A stretch of DNA of 36,067 bases from positions 1 to 36,067 of the IMG/VR virus record IMGVR_UViG_3300025358_000001; one strand, written 5' to 3'. A model generated the notes under the pieces. The model made no database searches. It had not been told where the DNA came from and saw only the letters and a program-made list of their open reading frames with translations. The first letter of the stretch is position 1. Each line of letters opens with the position of its first letter. This document shows, in pieces, positions 35,189 to 36,067 of this stretch. Origin of the DNA: a virus (taxonomy: Duplodnaviria > Caudoviricetes). Both the position numbers and the translations under genes were made by a program.

Positions 35189-36067
35189 ATGGCACAACCC
35201 ATTGACATTGTTAGCAGAGCACTAAAAGACATTGGAGCACTAGAGGCAGGGGAAATTCCAACTCCTGAAGCAGCTCAAGACGCATACGAAATGCTCCAAG
35301 ATATGTTAGATCAATGGTCTAACGAGTCTATGATGGTCTTTTACAAGACTGAGATCATTTTCCCTGTTGTACAAAACGTTACCCAGTACACCATTGGCCC
35401 TACAGGTTCAGTTCAATCTAACTTTGTAGGCTCAATTTCAGGCAATATTCTTACCATTACTTCAATCAATTCTGGTGGAATCAACACCAATATGATGCTT
35501 TCAGGTACTGGAATTGCTGCAGGAACAATGATTACAGGCTTTGGCACAGGTGCTGGAGGACAAGTCAATGAGGCAGGTACTTATTCTGTCAACATCAGCC
35601 AAACAGTAGCATCCACTACGATTACAGGATATTACAAACGACCATTAGCCATCAATTCAGCGTTTGTTAGGGTAAACACTACTTCTAATGGGGTAGCCAT
35701 AACTGGTGGTGGCTTAGATTACCCTGTTTCTGTGTTGAATGTTGAAGAATATGAAATGATTGGCCTGAAAACCTTGAATGGCCCTTGGCCCAAGGCTTTG
35801 TACTACCAGCCAACTGAGGTTTTGGGTAATTTGTATGTATGGCCTAATCCAGCCCAAGGTGAGATGCACGTCTTCTGTGACAACATTTTCACCAGAAGCA
35901 CAACCATGTATGACCCAATAGCCCTGCCAGAAGGCTATTCAATGGCCCTCAGATGGTGTTTGGCAGAGCGTTTGATGCCTATGTATGGCAAGGCTAGTCC
36001 AACGCAAATAGCCATGATTCAGCAGTATGCAGCACAGGGCAAGAGTACGATTAAGCGTACTAACATG
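35189..36067 (+). CDS. P22 gp4-like head-tail adaptor, N-terminal part (continues to 217; ~322 aa in total)
   Basis: [75 protein letters not shown]; missing from the ORF track because the stop is across the join. Confidence 0.8.
   Translation, partial: MAQPIDIVSRALKDIGALEAGEIPTPEAAQDAYEMLQDMLDQWSNESMMVFYKTEIIFPVVQNVTQYTIGPTGSVQSNFVGSISGNILTITSINSGGINTNMMLSGTGIAAGTMITGFGTGAGGQVNEAGTYSVNISQTVASTTITGYYKRPLAINSAFVRVNTTSNGVAITGGGLDYPVSVLNVEEYEMIGLKTLNGPWPKALYYQPTEVLGNLYVWPNPAQGEMHVFCDNIFTRSTTMYDPIALPEGYSMALRWCLAERLMPMYGKASPTQIAMIQQYAAQGKSTIKRTNM
35941..36067. repeat. Terminal direct repeat, copy 2
   Basis: Identical to 1-127. Confidence 0.95.

Noticed and set aside
35941-36067. 127-bp terminal repeat as a biological direct terminal repeat
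   Set aside because: It splits a gene and equals a common assembler k-mer length, so it is best read as circular assembly overlap

Overview
The window looks like a complete, circularly assembled ~35.9-kb tailed-phage genome. Bases 1-127 are identical to 35941-36067 and the join falls inside a gene. The virion module has P22 (Lederbergvirus)-type order: terminase small/large, portal, scaffold, coat, gp4-like adaptor, gp10-like hub, ejection proteins and a head-binding-domain spike. It is decorated with Ser/Thr/Gly-rich fibres and four tandem glycine-rich adhesin-like paralogs. Also present are an expanded lysis cassette with a GH19 endolysin, an ERF + YqaJ + SSB-like recombination module, RusA, a GroES-like gene and a free-standing HNH endonuclease. 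A proteobacterial, possibly freshwater Burkholderiales, host is an inference only. Most notable: (1) I recognise no replication initiator, helicase, primase, polymerase, integrase or CI repressor; downstream of cro there is instead a C4-antisense-like cloverleaf RNA and a hairpin-dense ~220-nt segment; (2) an orphan GREB1/TAGT-like glycosyltransferase with a small partner but no base-hydroxylating enzyme; (3) near-total CCWGG avoidance, broken only inside the Gly-rich array; (4) an 82-nt inverted-repeat-bounded structured insert at the terS/terL junction whose removal restores a canonical GTGA overlap. All family calls come from motif recognition and synteny, not from database searches.
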